Notes under the pieces: model-generated | What the model saw: the letters and a program-made list of their open reading frames with translations, nothing else | Database searches by the model: none | Told to the model about the DNA's origin: nothing | From: Patescibacteria group bacterium | GTDB lineage: Bacteria; Patescibacteriota; Minisyncoccia; Phycocordibacterales; PALSA-1337 | DNA length: 64,000 nt | Assembly (NCBI GenBank): GCA_040388415.1 | Contig: JAZKBV010000002.1 | Coordinates: 136,131 to 200,130, forward strand | Direction: 5' to 3' | Part shown: positions 27,625 to 37,468 of the stretch, piece by piece | How the letters are laid out: each line of letters starts with the position of its first letter | Position numbering within the stretch: position 1 is the first letter of the stretch | Position numbers and translations under genes: made by a program

Positions 27625-28438
27625 GTCGTGGAAATTCATTCACTAGTTCATTCGAATAATAAAATCGTCCCGCTAAATCACCGAAGCTATACGTTGTTGT
27701 GCCAAGAGTGATGGCAGCACCTCCACTTTCTGGATTTGGATGTGGGTGTGAGTTTTGGAAACCAATATTAAAGAGTGTCGCGAGTATCTCAGGTCTACTG
27801 GATATATCAATACCTGCTTTATTCCATTGAGATATTAGCTCCTTGAGTGCACATGCGCCGTAGAGGTATGAATAGTATCGATCGTGTTCATTAGTCAGTC
27901 GAGCAAAACGTTCAGCATCCTTGTCGGTAGTCGTAGCAGGGTAGTCGAGGATATGCGCAGAAGCCTCTCCGATATACCACGGCGAGCTAGCGTCCTCGAG
28001 ATTATTTTCTATTTGTATGGCGGTATCCTGCTTGATACCCATGACGCCCCATGAGAATTGGGACTGGGTGCCTAGGATTTTGAGTGGCGCAAAAACTGAT
28101 TTAAATATTTCGCGGTCAGAATGGAAGAGTCTCAATTGTTCGACAATGAGAGCTGAAACAATAAGACGGGGTGATACACCAACAATCGATGCTGCACGGT
28201 TGATGGCGGGCACATCTTTTAATATTGCTACTTTCAATACGCTCCACTCTTCTTCATTTTGCCATGCATCAGGAGTGCTCGTGGCATTTTTAAAATAATC
28301 ATGCTGTCTATCGATGATTCCAGGCGTTTTGGTCAAACCAAGTTCGACTGCTGCATATACTGCAACAAGGAGAAAGCCTATGATAGCGAAAATATATACA
28401 GTGATAGTGAAAGTACGTTTCATATTTTGAGTAGCCAC
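27620..28438 (-). CDS. Hypothetical membrane-anchored exported protein (272 aa)
   Basis: An N-terminal TM helix (ITVYIFAIIGFLLVAVYAAV) is followed by a soluble domain. There is no confident family match, and a glycoside hydrolase or transglycosylase-like fold cannot be excluded. Confidence 0.45.
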   Translation of the reverse strand: MATQNMKRTFTITVYIFAIIGFLLVAVYAAVELGLTKTPGIIDRQHDYFKNATSTPDAWQNEEEWSVLKVAILKDVPAINRAASIVGVSPRLIVSALIVEQLRLFHSDREIFKSVFAPLKILGTQSQFSWGVMGIKQDTAIQIENNLEDASSPWYIGEASAHILDYPATTTDKDAERFARLTNEHDRYYSYLYGACALKELISQWNKAGIDISSRPEILATLFNIGFQNSHPHPNPESGGAAITLGTTTYSFGDLAGRFYYSNELVNEFPRQ

Positions 28439-28510
28439 ACTATATCATAGGGTATTTGTTTGTGGATAACTCCGCTTGGCATTTTTGAGAATAGAGTTAT
28501 AATTATCTCA

Positions 28511-28545
28511 CTACCTAAGACGTGCCATCACTGGCAGGTCTTTTT
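28511..28545 (+). promoter_or_regulatory. Conserved leader element, copy 2 (CTACCTAAGACGTGCCATCACTGGCAGGTCTTTTT), a hairpin plus T-run upstream of a surface-protein gene
   Basis: It is homologous to 25771-25810 and lies 56 nt upstream of the 28601 gene. Confidence 0.4.
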
Positions 28546-28600
28546 CTATTTAACTTCTTCGAAACAAGCAAGTAGAAAATTAACCAATTAATTAGCGCTA

Positions 28601-30457
28601 TTGTTCTTTATGAAGCTCACACAAAAAGCTGATAGTGACATCAAGCACGCCGCAACGCTCGGACTCCTTATTGGAATGGCATTCATGATCCCTTCGTTTA
28701 GAGATGGGTTTATCGGATCGAACATTCAGGTTGCAGCAGAAGAAAATACGGCGAATGTATTTAGTATCTCTGCTCTCAGTAATCTAACGAAGTGTCCTAA
28801 GGGTCATACGTGTACGCAGAATCCTGATGCTATACCAGGTGTCGTAGCTCGCACGACAGGGGATTCGAAGTTAGCTCTTACATATGATTCAAATAAAAAG
28901 GAAGCTTTGCTCACCGCAACATTCACTATTGTTGTTGATGGGGGTAAGGTTGGTGTTTACGTGTACCAGTATCCGATGATCAGCTTCCGTGATTCAAGTG
29001 GTCAGGCCTACTATGTAAATAGTGCGCGCAATGCACCGCTTAGTCCAGTATCAAATGCAGTTGAAACAACTGATTTGTATGGACAGACTATCTATTGGGT
29101 TGCGCCAAACCAGTCAGCGAAATTTAAGGCTTCTGCGACTGTCGATCCAAAATCTCTTTTTGCCGGTAAGTACTATGCGACCGTTGATGCGTTGCTTGGT
29201 TATCCAACCGCAACAAGCACAGGCATCTCGATCATAAATGTTAATTCAGACAATACAAACTTCAAGGTTATTGTCGGTGAGACTGCTCCATATATTTCAT
29301 CTCTCACACCTAATCAAGCAAATGTCGGTGACAGTGTCACTATCACAGGTCAGCGTTTGGGTGGCGCACAGATCTATATAGATAATGTAGCGTTGTCGAG
29401 TTACACACCAAACAATCCTACTACTGGTTCGCTCGATGGAACCATGCTCGGATTCAAGGTACCAAATATGGTATCAGGATGGCACATCATCACTGTCGGC
29501 AATGCAATGGGCATGAGTAATGGATTTGGGTTTCAAGCTTTAAATGGCATACCAAAACCAGAGTTGTCTATCATTGAAGTAGCTTCGCCGTCTGCTCAGG
29601 TGTTTTCTTCGGGCACAAAAAATAACACTTTGGGCTATATAAAACTAACAGCAACTAATGGCGATGTGAAGCTCGGTGATATTATATTGAATGGTGAACC
29701 AAATCTCGCAAATCTTCCACTTTCACCCTTCTATATATACGAAGGATCCACACTTCTCGGTACAGGTTATGTTAATGGTGGAGCGAATAATCAGTTACTC
29801 AGTTATTCGGTGACCATTCCAACAAATATCACCATATTTTCAGGTACCACAAGAAAACTTACTCTAAGCGCTGATGCAACAAATCTCGGTACAACTTCTA
29901 TTAGAATGGCGGCTGGCATCGGGGGTCAAGCAGGAGCAGACTTTAATGTCGTGTTTGATCCAAATGCTCAGATGCATACATATGTTGTCGTAGTGAATCA
30001 AAACTGTTCAGCGGGTTTTGTATGTGGCGAAACAAGTCAGCCGGTATTTTCAAACATGTCTGTGTCACGTGGTGTCGCTGTAAGCAGTCAAACTGGAATG
30101 GTTGCACAGCAAGTTAATTTTAACTTCTCGGTCACCGCGGGAACTGTTCCAATATTTATGTCGAATGATATAAATAAAGCCCTGGTAACTTCATTGAATT
30201 CAACTCAATTAAATGTTAGTCCAGTTAAATTTGGTGATGACAATTCTGCCGGTGATGGTTCTATGTACATATATATAGCACCAGGACAGACTAAAAATGT
30301 CGGGGCTACCTATACAGTAACAGGTATGAAAGGCAGTTCAGGGACACTACAAGTCACTGCTATCAATTATGGAACAAGTACATCTGCTTTAAGTAATCTC
30401 GTATTCAGTGATACAAGCATGCTCAAGGCTGCACTATTCACTATTATTGAGATCTAA
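28601..30457 (+). CDS. Large secreted surface protein, paralog A (IPT/TIG-like domain, Gly/Thr/Ser/Asn-rich beta domains)
   Basis: It has an N-terminal TM/signal. KLALTYDSNKKEALLTATF and YISSLTPNQANVGDSVTITGQRLGG resemble IPT/TIG. It is about 50% identical to the 30636 paralog over the N-terminal 300 aa and shares the C-terminal YGTSTSALSNLVFSD motif. Confidence 0.6.
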   Translation: MFFMKLTQKADSDIKHAATLGLLIGMAFMIPSFRDGFIGSNIQVAAEENTANVFSISALSNLTKCPKGHTCTQNPDAIPGVVARTTGDSKLALTYDSNKKEALLTATFTIVVDGGKVGVYVYQYPMISFRDSSGQAYYVNSARNAPLSPVSNAVETTDLYGQTIYWVAPNQSAKFKASATVDPKSLFAGKYYATVDALLGYPTATSTGISIINVNSDNTNFKVIVGETAPYISSLTPNQANVGDSVTITGQRLGGAQIYIDNVALSSYTPNNPTTGSLDGTMLGFKVPNMVSGWHIITVGNAMGMSNGFGFQALNGIPKPELSIIEVASPSAQVFSSGTKNNTLGYIKLTATNGDVKLGDIILNGEPNLANLPLSPFYIYEGSTLLGTGYVNGGANNQLLSYSVTIPTNITIFSGTTRKLTLSADATNLGTTSIRMAAGIGGQAGADFNVVFDPNAQMHTYVVVVNQNCSAGFVCGETSQPVFSNMSVSRGVAVSSQTGMVAQQVNFNFSVTAGTVPIFMSNDINKALVTSLNSTQLNVSPVKFGDDNSAGDGSMYIYIAPGQTKNVGATYTVTGMKGSSGTLQVTAINYGTSTSALSNLVFSDTSMLKAALFTIIEI

Positions 30458-30487
30458 TAATTATAAACATAGCAAATGATAAGTTAA

Positions 30488-30517
30488 ATCGACCAAATAT
30501 ATGTTTGGTCGATTTTG
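30488..30517 (+). terminator. Rho-independent terminator (ATCGACCAAA-tatatg-TTTGGTCGAT then TTTT)
   Basis: Seen directly after paralog A. Confidence 0.7.
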
Positions 30518-30635
30518 TTATATTTTGAATGGCAAATATATACACAGCAACAGAGGATACATGAGGGGATAACTATTTAGGTTCTGTAATCATGTAGGTA
30601 TATAATGTGCGCATTATTATTCTAACGTTCTATAT

Positions 30636-32507
30636 ATGAACATAAAATCATTATTTGGGGAGAATGCGAGTTATGTTGCTGCGTTTCTGGTCCTTATTGG
30701 AATAGCTTCGGCGACACCGTCAATTGTGAGCACGTTCACAAGTCCGACAGTCTCGGTTGAATCAGTCAATGCTGCAGCAGCCATTAACTCAGTCTTTTCG
30801 AGCAAAAAAGGTCCAGTAAATTTTCCTGCAGGCTATACATGTACACCAAATCCAGTTCCAGTAAATGGTGTCGCTGCAAAAACTACTGGCAAATCAAGGC
30901 TTGCTCTCACCTATGATTCAAATAAAAAGGAAGCTCTTTTAACTGCTACATTTAATGTGACAATAGATGGGGGTAAGACAGGTGTTTACATTTCTCAATA
31001 TCCTTGGTTTAACCTCCGCGATTCAAATGGGGGATATGCGAGTATGTATGGAAAAATTTCTGCTGACTCAAAGGTGGAAACAAAGACCAGTATATATGGC
31101 GAGACATTCTATTGGGTGCCCGCAAATCGCCAAGCAAAGTTTACTGCAATTGGCACCGCTAACCCAACGCAGCTTTTCGCTGGAACGTATTCGGCTATGA
31201 TAGGTGGTTTGGTAGGTTATCCGGTAACTGACTATAGTCAGCCAGGCTATATGATAAATCTGAGCTCAGATCAGACCAACTCGGTCACTATTGTTGGTGA
31301 AGTTACACCTTATATCACAAATATTTCTCCTTATCAGGCAAATGTCGGGGATAAGGTAACGATTACTGGTCAGCGTTTGGGTGGATCATTGATCTATGCT
31401 GACGGAGTGGCTTTGTCGACACAAGGCGGGGGCATCACAGGATCAATCGATGGTACCAGCATGACCTTTATTGTTCCAAGTGGACTTTCGTCAGGATGGC
31501 ATTATGTCTCAGTTAGCAACACATTGGGTATGAGTAATACTGTTGGGTTGGAGATATTGGTGCCAGTTTCAGTTGCATCAGTTATTGCCTCGCTTGATCC
31601 AGCATCGCCAATAACCGGCACGGTTCAAATTTCCTCGACAGATGTGACCGCAAATGTGGCACTTGCAGTCTTTGATCTGAAGTCACAAAATGGTCCAACA
31701 ACATTGACTTCTTTCAGTGTGAACATGATCGAGTCAAATCCAAATGCAAAGGGAGGGGGTACAATATCTGATTTATTCACAAATGTCATGATCAAGGTTG
31801 CAGGACAAACATATGCTGAAACTTCGATGTCCGGAAATACAATAACCTTCAGTAATATATTAGTTCCTCTGGCAACAAATGTAAGTGTTCCAGTTGTGGT
31901 CTTGGGATCAGTTGCGGCAAATACGAACAATTTTCTAAATGGTTCAACTGCTTCAGTCAATCTACCATTGACAGGTATACAGGCCATAGACGGAAATTAT
32001 GCCACAGTGCCGGTGTCACAAGGCTCAGTTGTAGGTCTACTCTCGGGAAGTACTTTAACATTCAGTGGCTCTAGTATGACAGTATCGAATACTTCAACAA
32101 TCCCAAGTACACGTACTGTTTCGCAAAGTGGGACAACAACACAAATAGTAAGTATGAATTTTAGTGTGACCGCAGGTAATGATCCGGTATTCATTTCAAA
32201 AGCGATTGATACTGCATTGACTCCAGCAATAACCATGTCAGCAAATCCTTTCATAGTGATCAATCCAGCGACAATCACCAGTGATAATACTTCAGGTGAT
32301 GGAAGTACATACTTCTATGTTGCCCCAGGTCAGACGAAGAATTTCACGGCAAATTATAAAGCTATAGGTATGCCTGGATCACTCGGTACAGTAAACATAA
32401 GTTCACTTAATTATGGCACATCAGCAACCAGCCTAAGTAGTTTAATCTACAAAGATCAGTATGATGGTGGGGCTTTAGGAAAACTTAAATTCACCTTCAC
32501 CTTCTAA
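30636..32507 (+). CDS. Large secreted surface protein, paralog B
   Basis: It has the same architecture as 28601-30457 (RLALTYDSNKKEALLTATF, YITNISPYQANVGDKVTITGQRLGG, C-terminal YGTSATSLSSLIYKD). Length 623 aa. Confidence 0.6.
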   Translation: MNIKSLFGENASYVAAFLVLIGIASATPSIVSTFTSPTVSVESVNAAAAINSVFSSKKGPVNFPAGYTCTPNPVPVNGVAAKTTGKSRLALTYDSNKKEALLTATFNVTIDGGKTGVYISQYPWFNLRDSNGGYASMYGKISADSKVETKTSIYGETFYWVPANRQAKFTAIGTANPTQLFAGTYSAMIGGLVGYPVTDYSQPGYMINLSSDQTNSVTIVGEVTPYITNISPYQANVGDKVTITGQRLGGSLIYADGVALSTQGGGITGSIDGTSMTFIVPSGLSSGWHYVSVSNTLGMSNTVGLEILVPVSVASVIASLDPASPITGTVQISSTDVTANVALAVFDLKSQNGPTTLTSFSVNMIESNPNAKGGGTISDLFTNVMIKVAGQTYAETSMSGNTITFSNILVPLATNVSVPVVVLGSVAANTNNFLNGSTASVNLPLTGIQAIDGNYATVPVSQGSVVGLLSGSTLTFSGSSMTVSNTSTIPSTRTVSQSGTTTQIVSMNFSVTAGNDPVFISKAIDTALTPAITMSANPFIVINPATITSDNTSGDGSTYFYVAPGQTKNFTANYKAIGMPGSLGTVNISSLNYGTSATSLSSLIYKDQYDGGALGKLKFTFTF

Positions 32508-32530
32508 GTCCTAGTGTTCGTTTTTTTGAT

Positions 32531-32558
32531 AAAACCGGCTTATATAGCCGGTTTTGTT
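32531..32558 (+). terminator. Rho-independent terminator (AAAACCGGCT-tatata-GCCGGTTTT)
   Basis: Seen directly after paralog B. Confidence 0.7.
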
Positions 32559-32602
32559 ATATACTGAAAGGATTAGACGCCTCATACGTCATCATCAGTA
32601 TC

Positions 32603-33988
32603 ATGAAAAAATACATCATTTTAACTATCGTTCTATGTACAGCCATCTTAGCGAGCGCTCACGCGCAAAGTTATACGTTTTCAAACAATCTTTTGGTGGG
32701 TAGTTCTGGGTCAGATGTAACAAATCTCCAAACGTGGCTGATGTCGAATGGCTATGACATACCATCTATTAGTTCAGGCTTAGCAAACAAAGGTTACTTT
32801 GGTTCACAGACGAAGCTTGCGTTGATACGGTATCAGCAGTCATTAGGTTTTCCAGCATTCGGATATTTTGGACCTATAACGCGTGGGTATATCAATGGAC
32901 ATAGCAATCCGAACAATGCCTCATTCAAGATTACTTCGCCAAATGGAGGAGAGACGTGGGTAAAAGGCACATCGCAAAATATTGCCTGGAGTGGTTCAGC
33001 AAATGTTTTGGCGCAAAAAGGAGATATTAAACTCGAATATCCACTGCCTGCATGTGCACAGCCGGGCCAGATAATTCGTTGTATGATCATGGTTCGTGCA
33101 CCGCTCACTATTGCACAGAATGTTGATCTTAATTCACGTTCATATTTATGGAACGTTGGAAGTGTAATTACTGGTACAACAGCCTGTATGGCAGGTGAAA
33201 CATGTTATCAAGATCCGGTATCTGACGGTCAGTATAAGATACAGATATGTCCAGCAGATGGCTCAACCTGTGATGAAAGTGATTCGAATTTCACTATTAG
33301 TTCCAATCCAGTAACGGGAAATACTCCTGTTATCAATGGCGTTGATGCGCCTACAACGCTGAGTGTTGGTCAAATGGGAACGTGGACTATTCGCGCAACT
33401 GATCCATTGAATGGAACACTTAGTTACTCTGTCAATTGGGGTGATGCACCGAACTGTAATTACTCATATGCATGTGTTGCCCAAAATGCACCGCTGAGTT
33501 ATATCCAAAATTCAACATTCACTCACTCGTATGTAAATACTGGTACGTACACAGTTACTTTTATAGTCAGGAACAGCTCTGGCCAACAAGTCCAAACAAC
33601 TAGCACTGTTGTCGTAACCGGATCAACATCAGCTGGTCCATTGAAGATAATTTCGCCAAATGGGGGAGAGACGTGGCTCCGAGGTACTACTCAAAATATA
33701 ACGTGGACATCACCGTACTATTTCCGTGCAACGACTGCTGACCTAAAACTCACCCCGTATCAGGCACCTTGTACAACTCAGATATGTCCTATGTATATAC
33801 TTGCCCCATACACTATCGCTACTGGATTATCAATAAACCAGAATTCATATGGTTGGAATGTAGGTACCGCGCTAAACTATTCTGGAGTATCTCAATTTGT
33901 TCCAAATGGACAATATACTATCCAGATTTGTGAGACCGGTACGAGTAGTTGTGATTCAAGTGATGCGGTGTTCAATATTGTGAATTAA
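32603..33988 (+). CDS. Secreted protein with an N-terminal PG_binding_1-like domain plus two Kre9/KNH-like Ig-like domains (paralog of 25850-27016)
   Basis: DVTNLQTWLMSNGY...GYFGSQTKLALIRYQ is the PG-binding motif. The Kre9-like domains read FKITSPNGGETWVKGTSQNIAW and LKIISPNGGETWLRGTTQNITW. The PYQAPCTTxICP motif is shared with 25850. Confidence 0.6.
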   Translation: MKKYIILTIVLCTAILASAHAQSYTFSNNLLVGSSGSDVTNLQTWLMSNGYDIPSISSGLANKGYFGSQTKLALIRYQQSLGFPAFGYFGPITRGYINGHSNPNNASFKITSPNGGETWVKGTSQNIAWSGSANVLAQKGDIKLEYPLPACAQPGQIIRCMIMVRAPLTIAQNVDLNSRSYLWNVGSVITGTTACMAGETCYQDPVSDGQYKIQICPADGSTCDESDSNFTISSNPVTGNTPVINGVDAPTTLSVGQMGTWTIRATDPLNGTLSYSVNWGDAPNCNYSYACVAQNAPLSYIQNSTFTHSYVNTGTYTVTFIVRNSSGQQVQTTSTVVVTGSTSAGPLKIISPNGGETWLRGTTQNITWTSPYYFRATTADLKLTPYQAPCTTQICPMYILAPYTIATGLSINQNSYGWNVGTALNYSGVSQFVPNGQYTIQICETGTSSCDSSDAVFNIVN

Positions 33989-34197
33989 ACCACCGTAAGG
34001 TCTGATCTTACGGTGTCGCAGTGCCCAAAATTTGCACGTTTTATAGACATATGATATGCTCTTTTCTATTCGCCTACCTGGCGTTTTATTAGTCGTCCGA
34101 CTGATAATTTATAAACTATTAATAACTTTATCTTTATCTTTTGATGTTTGGCATCACGCCTAAACGTAAAAAGGTAAAGCACTAAACAAATAATACT

Positions 34198-35385
34198 ATG
34201 GCAGCAGAATTTAATCGTACCAAGCCTCACGTTAACGTAGGCACAATCGGTCACGTTGACCACGGAAAGACTACTCTTACAACAGCTATTCTTGCCGTTC
34301 AGGCAAAGAAAGGTCTTGCTCAAAACAAGACGTATGCAGATATCGCAAAGGGCGGTACAGTTCGTGATGCATCAAAGATCGTTACTATCTCACTCGCTCA
34401 CGTTGAGTACGAGTCTCCTCTTCGTCACTATGCTCATATCGACGCTCCAGGTCACGCCGATTATATCAAGAACATGATCACCGGTGCCGCTCAAATGGAC
34501 GGTGCAGTACTTGTCGTATCAGCACTCGATGGTGTTATGCCACAGACACGTGAGCACGTTCTCCTTGCAAAGCAAGTTGGTGTGCCAAAGATCGTCGTCT
34601 TTTTGAACAAGTGTGATGCAGTTGCAGAGGCAGATCTCATCGATCTCGTTGAGGAAGAAGTGCGTGAACTCCTCACAAAGCAAGGTTTTGATGGAAAGGG
34701 TGCTCCAGTTATCCGTGGTTCAGCTCTCAAGGCTCTCGAAGGAGATGCTGCATGGGAAGCAAAGATCGGTGATCTTATGGACGCATTGGATAGTTATATC
34801 CCTATGCCAGTTCGTGAGACAGATAAGCCTTTCCTTATGCCTATCGAGGATATCTTCTCGATTGAAGGCCGTGGAACAGTGGTTACTGGTCGTATCGAGC
34901 GTGGTATGGTCAAGGTTGGTGAAGAAGTTGAGATCATCGGTTTCCGTGATACAACAAAGACAACTATCACAGGTATCGAAATGTTCAACAAGCAGCTCAA
35001 AGAAGGAATCGCTGGTGACAACGCTGGTCTCCTCCTCCGTGGTACAGCAAAGGATGACGTTTCTCGTGGTCAGGTTCTTGCAAAGCCAGGTTCAGTTAAG
35101 CCTCACACAGAATTTGAGTCTGAAGTTTACGTTTTGAAGAAGGAAGAAGGTGGTCGCCACACTCCATTCTTTACTGGTTATAAGCCTCAGTTCTACATCC
35201 GTACAACAGACGTTACTGGTGAAGTTACACTTGCTGCAAACGTTGAAATGGTTATGCCAGGTGACACAGTTACTTTCAAGGTTAAGCTCGTTGCTCCAGT
35301 TGCTCTCGAAGAAAAGATGCGTTTCGCTGTCCGTGAGGGTGGCAAGACCGTCGGTGCAGGTGTCGTAACAAAGATCGTTGCCTAA
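34198..35385 (+). CDS. tuf: Elongation factor Tu
   Basis: [15 protein letters not shown] and NKCD motifs. Length 395 aa. Confidence 0.95.
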   Translation: MAAEFNRTKPHVNVGTIGHVDHGKTTLTTAILAVQAKKGLAQNKTYADIAKGGTVRDASKIVTISLAHVEYESPLRHYAHIDAPGHADYIKNMITGAAQMDGAVLVVSALDGVMPQTREHVLLAKQVGVPKIVVFLNKCDAVAEADLIDLVEEEVRELLTKQGFDGKGAPVIRGSALKALEGDAAWEAKIGDLMDALDSYIPMPVRETDKPFLMPIEDIFSIEGRGTVVTGRIERGMVKVGEEVEIIGFRDTTKTTITGIEMFNKQLKEGIAGDNAGLLLRGTAKDDVSRGQVLAKPGSVKPHTEFESEVYVLKKEEGGRHTPFFTGYKPQFYIRTTDVTGEVTLAANVEMVMPGDTVTFKVKLVAPVALEEKMRFAVREGGKTVGAGVVTKIVA

Positions 35386-35390
35386 ACAAC

Positions 35391-35777
35391 ATGGTTACTA
35401 AAGATACAACAAAGAAAGCCTCTGCTACCAAGGTTGCGCCTCGCGCAAAGAAGGTTAAGGCAGAAGGGGAAGTCTCTCATCTCCGCATCCGTGTTCGTGC
35501 CTATGAGCACAAGATTCTCGACGCTTCACTCCGTCAGATCATGGACATTGCTTCGAGATATGACGTGACAGTTAACGGTCCAGTACCACTCCCAACAGAG
35601 ATCAAGAAGTACACCGTTAACCGTTCATCATTCATCGACAAGAACAGTCGTGAACAATTCGAAATGCGTGTCCACAAGCGTCTCATAGATATTATCAACC
35701 CAAATCCGAAGGTTATCGAAGCCCTGACGAACTTGAGTCTACCATCCGGCGTCAACATAGACGTAAAGATGATGTAG
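35391..35777 (+). CDS. rpsJ: 30S ribosomal protein S10 with an N-terminal extension of about 25 aa
   Basis: RIRVRAYEHKILDASLRQI...PVPLPT is the S10 core. It is preceded by a Lys/Ala-rich extension. Confidence 0.9.
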   Translation: MVTKDTTKKASATKVAPRAKKVKAEGEVSHLRIRVRAYEHKILDASLRQIMDIASRYDVTVNGPVPLPTEIKKYTVNRSSFIDKNSREQFEMRVHKRLIDIINPNPKVIEALTNLSLPSGVNIDVKMM

Positions 35778-35867
35778 CAAAAAGGAGCAAGTTGAAAAGT
35801 TATAAAGTGGCAAGAAGTGAAAAACTTGCAGCTGGTAACTTCCGACTTGTAACTAAATTATACTGAC

Positions 35868-36473
35868 ATGAAATTCATTCTAGGAAGAAAACTGAATATG
35901 GCCCAGATATACGACGCTTCTGGCGCTGTTATACCAGTGACTCTCGTCACGGTACGCGGTAACGTCGTCACTCAAGTGCGCACAAAGGATGTAGATGGCT
36001 ATGAAGCTGTCCAGATCGGTGAAGGATCACGCAATCCAGGACGCATCAACAAGGCTCAAAAAGGCCAGTTCAAGGATATGGGTAACTTCGCAGCCCTTGC
36101 AGAATTCCGTGTTGACGCACCAGTTGCCAAGACGGGCGACAAAGTGGAGCTTTCACAGTTCGCTGTAGGCGATGTCATTACGGTGTCAGCTATCTCAAAG
36201 GGTAAGGGTTTCCAGGGTGTTGTTAAGCGCCACGGATTCGGTGGTGGACCACGTTCACACGGTCAAAAGCACTCAGAGCGTGAGCCTGGTTCTATCGGTG
36301 GCGGTCTCCGCACACGCGTTCCAGTCGGTATGCGCATGGCAGGCCGTATGGGCAGTGATCGTATAACAGTTAAAAACCTCAAGGTCGCTCACATTGACGC
36401 AGATGAAAATGTCATGTATGTTGCTGGAGCAATCCCAGGAAAGAGGGGTACATTAGTGGAGATCGTAGGTTAA
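35868..36473 (+). CDS. rplC: 50S ribosomal protein L3
   Basis: ILGRKLNMAQIY plus FQGVVKRHGFGGGPRSHGQ. Confidence 0.9.
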   Translation: MKFILGRKLNMAQIYDASGAVIPVTLVTVRGNVVTQVRTKDVDGYEAVQIGEGSRNPGRINKAQKGQFKDMGNFAALAEFRVDAPVAKTGDKVELSQFAVGDVITVSAISKGKGFQGVVKRHGFGGGPRSHGQKHSEREPGSIGGGLRTRVPVGMRMAGRMGSDRITVKNLKVAHIDADENVMYVAGAIPGKRGTLVEIVG

Positions 36474-36487
36474 TCATTTATACCATC

Positions 36488-37156
36488 ATGGAAACAAAAA
36501 TCTACAATCAAACAGGCAAAGAGGCAGGAAAGTTCAAACTTCCCGTTGGTATCTTTGACATGCCATGGAATGCTGACCTCGTCCACGAAGTGGTCCGTCT
36601 CATGAATTCAAATTCACGCACAAACGTCGCTCATACAAAGACACGTGGTGAAGTTCGCGGTGGTGGCAAGAAGCCATGGAAGCAAAAGGGCACAGGTCGC
36701 GCGCGTCACGGTTCATCACGCTCACCTATCTGGGTTGGCGGTGGTGTCACACACGGTCCACGCAACGATCAGAATTTCAATCGCAAGATCAACAAGAAGG
36801 TCAAGGATAAGGCTCTTCTCACAGTACTCTCACGCAAGTGGAAAGATGGTGAAATCCTCTTTGTTGACGCTATTTCTCTTGCAAAACCTAAGTCAAAGGA
36901 TGCACGTGCTATCCTCACTGCTCTCGGTTCAATCAAAGGCTTTGAGAAGGTTGCTACAAAAAAGAAAAATGCAGCACTTATCGCTTTCGACAAGAGAACA
37001 GAGGCTGTCGACAAGAGTTTCAAGAACTTTGGCAATGTTTCTATCGAAGAATTCCGCAATATTAACCCAGTTTCTTTGATGAATCACTCGTATCTCATCG
37101 TCGTCAATCCTGAGAATTCACTCAAGGCATTATCAGCTAAGGTTACACAAGCTTAA
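36488..37156 (+). CDS. rplD: 50S ribosomal protein L4
   Basis: KPWKQKGTGRARHGS motif. Length 222 aa. Confidence 0.9.
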   Translation: METKIYNQTGKEAGKFKLPVGIFDMPWNADLVHEVVRLMNSNSRTNVAHTKTRGEVRGGGKKPWKQKGTGRARHGSSRSPIWVGGGVTHGPRNDQNFNRKINKKVKDKALLTVLSRKWKDGEILFVDAISLAKPKSKDARAILTALGSIKGFEKVATKKKNAALIAFDKRTEAVDKSFKNFGNVSIEEFRNINPVSLMNHSYLIVVNPENSLKALSAKVTQA

Positions 37157-37165
37157 TCTACTATT

Positions 37166-37441
37166 ATGTCTTCTGCATCTATCATTCTTCGTCCACATAT
37201 CACAGAGAAGTCAGGTATCCTCAGTCAAGGCGGTGTATATACATTCGTCGTCACCAAGGGTGCGAACAAGCCTTCTATTGCTCAGGCAGTCAAAGCTCTT
37301 TACAAGGTAACTCCAGTCAAAGTGACTGTCGTCAATCTTCCTTCAAAGAATGTCTTTGTTAAGGGTAAGAAGGGCGTTGTCTCAGGCATGCGCAAGGCTG
37401 TCGTCACCTTGAAGAAAGGAGATAAGATCGACTTTGTATAA
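37166..37441 (+). CDS. rplW: 50S ribosomal protein L23
   Basis: HITEKS...YTFVV. Length 91 aa. It sits in the expected operon position. Confidence 0.85.
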   Translation: MSSASIILRPHITEKSGILSQGGVYTFVVTKGANKPSIAQAVKALYKVTPVKVTVVNLPSKNVFVKGKKGVVSGMRKAVVTLKKGDKIDFV

Positions 37442-37468
37442 TCATTTTCAATTATTTAATTTATTAAC

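Noticed and set aside
34613-35137. 174 aa ORF, with several others at 34256-34477, 34491-34730 and 35150-35368, overlapping tuf in other frames
   Set aside because: These are shadow ORFs inside a highly conserved EF-Tu gene. Their composition is low-complexity Ser/Leu/Val-rich and they have no motif. The same applies to the ORFs inside fusA (24317-24700, 24710-24997, 24952-25356), rplD (36645-37079), rplB (37947-38480) and the S5/L15 region.
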